Below, in pieces: positions 61,211-64,000 of a stretch of 64,000 bases of DNA (position 1 is its first letter; the number at the start of each line of letters is the position of its first letter). The DNA is taken from assembly GCF_030144855.1 (NCBI RefSeq), contig NC_082710.1, positions 142,042,001-142,106,000 on the forward strand, read 5' to 3'. Below the pieces are notes generated by a model, which was not told where the DNA came from, did not search any database, and worked only from the letters and a program-made list of their open reading frames with translations. The DNA is from Hypanus sabinus (lineage: Eukaryota). Both the position numbers and the translations under genes were made by a program.

Positions 61211-61659
61211 CTTAGGGCTCTGAAGGAAGTAGCTGCAGAGAAATGGATGTATTGTCTATAATTCACCAAAATTCCCTAGCTCTAGAGAGGCCCTAGAGGA
61301 CTGGACAGTTGTGAATATGATCCTCCAACGAGGGGGAGAAAAACAGGAAACCATAGACCAGTTACTTTTAATGCCTGCCATTGGGAAAAAGATGAATCCT
61401 GTTATTAAGGAAGTGAAAGCAGAACAATTGAAAAGTGATAAGACAATCACACTCACCAGCACAGTTTTATGAAAAGGAAATTAAGTTTGATAAATTTGCC
61501 AGAGTGCTCTGAGAATGTAACAGAGAGGATGAAAAAAGTGGAAGCAGTAGCTGCGGCATATGGGTTGAGTGCCCCTTATCCAAAGGGCTTGGGGCGGGAA
61601 GAGTTTTGGATTTGGGAGGTTTTTTTTTTTATTTTTAGATATGTAAGTTGGACTGCGCC

Positions 61660-62562
61660 CAATCAGTGAATGGGAGCACAAGAGGAATCAACGATTTCAC
61701 TTAGGTCCATGGTTGAAGATTATAAAGAGCTTCACAGCAGTTTTTGTTGCTGGACTTCAGTGAGTGGGGTTCATTAGAAGGGAAAATAAAAATCAGGCGG
61801 GGCAAGCAAAGTGGCTGTTGTTCAAGTGTCTTTGGCTCATCAGGCTTCGGCGAGGTAAATATCTAGTATGTCGCCTCTTCTTCGTTCTTCATTCCTCAGC
61901 AGTTAGTGCCATGAGAATGGCTCCAGGGACTGTGTATTGTTCCGCATGTAAGATGTGGGAACTTTGGGAGACCTCCAGCTTCCTGGATAACCACACCTTG
62001 GCTCCTACCAGAACACGTTAAGGAACTGGAGCTGAAGCTCGATAACTTCAACACATATGGGAGACTGAGGAAGTCACAGATAGGAGTTACAGGGAGGTAG
62101 TCACTGCTCAGTTGCAGGAGGACTGTAACTGCGTAAAGGAAGGGAAACGGGCAGCCATTGCAGATAGCCCTGTGACCATTCCCCTCAATAATAAGTATAC
62201 CTTTTTGGATACTGCTGAGGGGGAATGACCTACCACTGGGAAGCCACAGTGACCGGGTCTCTGGCACTGAGTCCGGCGCTATGGCTCAGAAGAGAAGAGA
62301 GATGAAGAGAACTGTAGTGGTGATTGGATATTCCGTAGAGGAACAGAGATGAGATTCTGTGCACACGATAGAGACACCTGAATGGTGTGTTGCCTCCCAG
62401 GTGCCTGGTTTAGGGATGTTTTGGATCAGGTCCATGGCATTCTATAGGGGGAGGGTGAGAAGCCAGAAATATTAGGGTAGAGTGGCACCAATGACATAGG
62501 TAGGAAAGGTGAGGGAGTCCTGAAGAGAGATTTCGAGGAGCGAGGTAGAAAGCTGAAAAGCA
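61660..62562 (+). mobile_element. CR1 5' region: decayed ORF1 (zinc finger/coiled coil + SGNH esterase)
   Basis: MAPGTVYCSACKMWE at 61917; VVIGYSV (GDS block) at ~62315; MVCCLPGA; GTNDIGRK at ~62483. Confidence 0.8.
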
Positions 62563-62569
62563 AGAGAAG

Positions 62570-64000
62570 TCAAAGCCAACATTAAAGCCAAAGGGGGGGG
62601 GGCATATAATAGAGCAAAAATTAGTGGAAAGTTGGAGGATTAGGAAACTTTAAAAAAAAACATCAGAAGGCAACGAAAAATGTCATGAAGTAGGTAAAGA
62701 TGGATTGCAAAGGTAAGCTAGCCTTAAGGAGGATACCAAACATTTGGTCAAATTTATAAAATGTAAAAAGGAGGGAAGTGTGGTTGCTGGACCACTGTAA
62801 AATGATGCTGGCGAGGTAGTAATGGGAGACAGAAGAATGACAGATGAACTGAACAAGTATTATTCGTCAGTCTTCGCTGTGGAATGCACTAGCAGTATGA
62901 CGGAAGTTCAAGAGTGTCAGTGAACAGAAGTGAGTGAAGTTGCTATTACAAGGGAGAAGGTGACAAATGATCTATACCCCAGGATTCTGAAAGAGATGGC
63001 TGAAGAAACCGTGGAGGCATTTGTAATGATCTTTTAAGAGTCAATGCATTCTGGCATGGTTCCGGAGGACTGTAAGATTGCAAACGTCACTCCACTCTTC
63101 CAGAAGGGAGAGAGGCAGAAGAAAGGAAATCGTTGGTCAGTTAATGAAGAGTTAGAGTCAATCATTAAGGATGTGGTTTCAGGGTACCTGGAGACACATG
63201 ACAAAGTAAGCTGAAGTCAGCTTGATTTCCTGAAGGGAAAATCTTGCCTGACAAATCAGTAGGAATTCTTTGAAGAGAGAGAAGCAGGATAAACAAAGCA
63301 GAATCAGTTGATGTTGTGTTCAGAGGTTTTTGACAAGGTGCCACACATGAGGCTGGTTAACAAAACAAATGCCCATGGTATTACAGGAAAGATTCTAGCA
63401 TGGATAGAGCATTGGCTGTTTAGCATGAGGTAAAGAATGGTTAAAAAAAAGGGGGAGCCTTATCTGGTTGGCTGCCAGTGACTCGTGGTGACCCACAGGA
63501 GTCTGTGTTGGGACCGATTCCTTTTACGTTATATGCCAATGATTTGCTTGATGGAACTGATGGCTTTGTGACCAAGTTTGCAGATGATACAAAGATGGGG
63601 GGTGGGGGGGCGGTTGCTGGTTGTGTTGAGGAAGCAGAGAGGCTGTAGAAGTTTCTAGACAGATTAGGAGAATAGGCAATGAAATGACAAATGGCATCTC
63701 GGAAATGGTGTGCTGGCACTAGAGGGTCCAGAGGAGGTTCACAAGGATGATTCCAGGAATGAAAGGTTTATTATATGAGCAACATTTGATGGCTCTGGGC
63801 CTGTAATCACTGGAGTTCAGAATGAGGGGAGATCTCAATGAAACCTATCGAATGCTGAAAGGCCCCCGGTAGAGTGGGTACGGAGAGGACATTTCCTATG
63901 GTGGGAAGTCTAGGACCAGAGGAAACAGCCTCAGAATAATGGGACATCTAATTAGAATGGAGATGAGAAGGAATTTCTTTAGCCAGAATGGAGAGTCTGT
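62570..64000 (+). mobile_element. Decayed CR1 ORF2 fragment, runs off the window end
   Basis: LNKYYSSVF, VPEDCKIANVTPLFQKG, GKSCLTN, FDKVPH, KFADDTK. Confidence 0.88.

Overview
This is not a prokaryotic window. It is repeat-dense vertebrate genomic DNA, and the repeat mix (CR1, Rex1/Babar, L1, Penelope, V-SINE, DeuSINE-like) points to a cartilaginous fish, probably a ray or skate (inference). I could not identify any host protein-coding gene, tRNA, rRNA or CRISPR array. Most of the listed ORFs are transposon fragments or chance frames. The window is a layered record of mobile elements: many decayed CR1 and Rex1/Babar LINE pieces, two L1 3' fragments with clean target-site duplications (TSDs; one is 5'-inverted), Penelope-like elements and short fold-back derivatives, four solo LTRs, mariner, PIF/Harbinger and hAT-type MITEs, a Harbinger transposase fossil, several SINEs and two minisatellites that arose inside LINEs. 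The most notable items are: (1) repeated decayed minimal hammerhead-ribozyme motifs in the Penelope termini; (2) a young CR1 reverse transcriptase ORF broken by a single 17-bp self-templated hairpin insertion just before YADD; (3) a near-perfect 42-bp x ~15.6 G-tract minisatellite with a higher-order variant pattern; (4) a four-level nested LINE stack at 45-53 kb; (5) non-coding elements that carry Rex-type 3' tails. I found no convincing wholly new biological system. Family names come from motif recognition, not database searches, and boundaries of decayed elements are approximate (tens of bp) unless a TSD or TIR is quoted.
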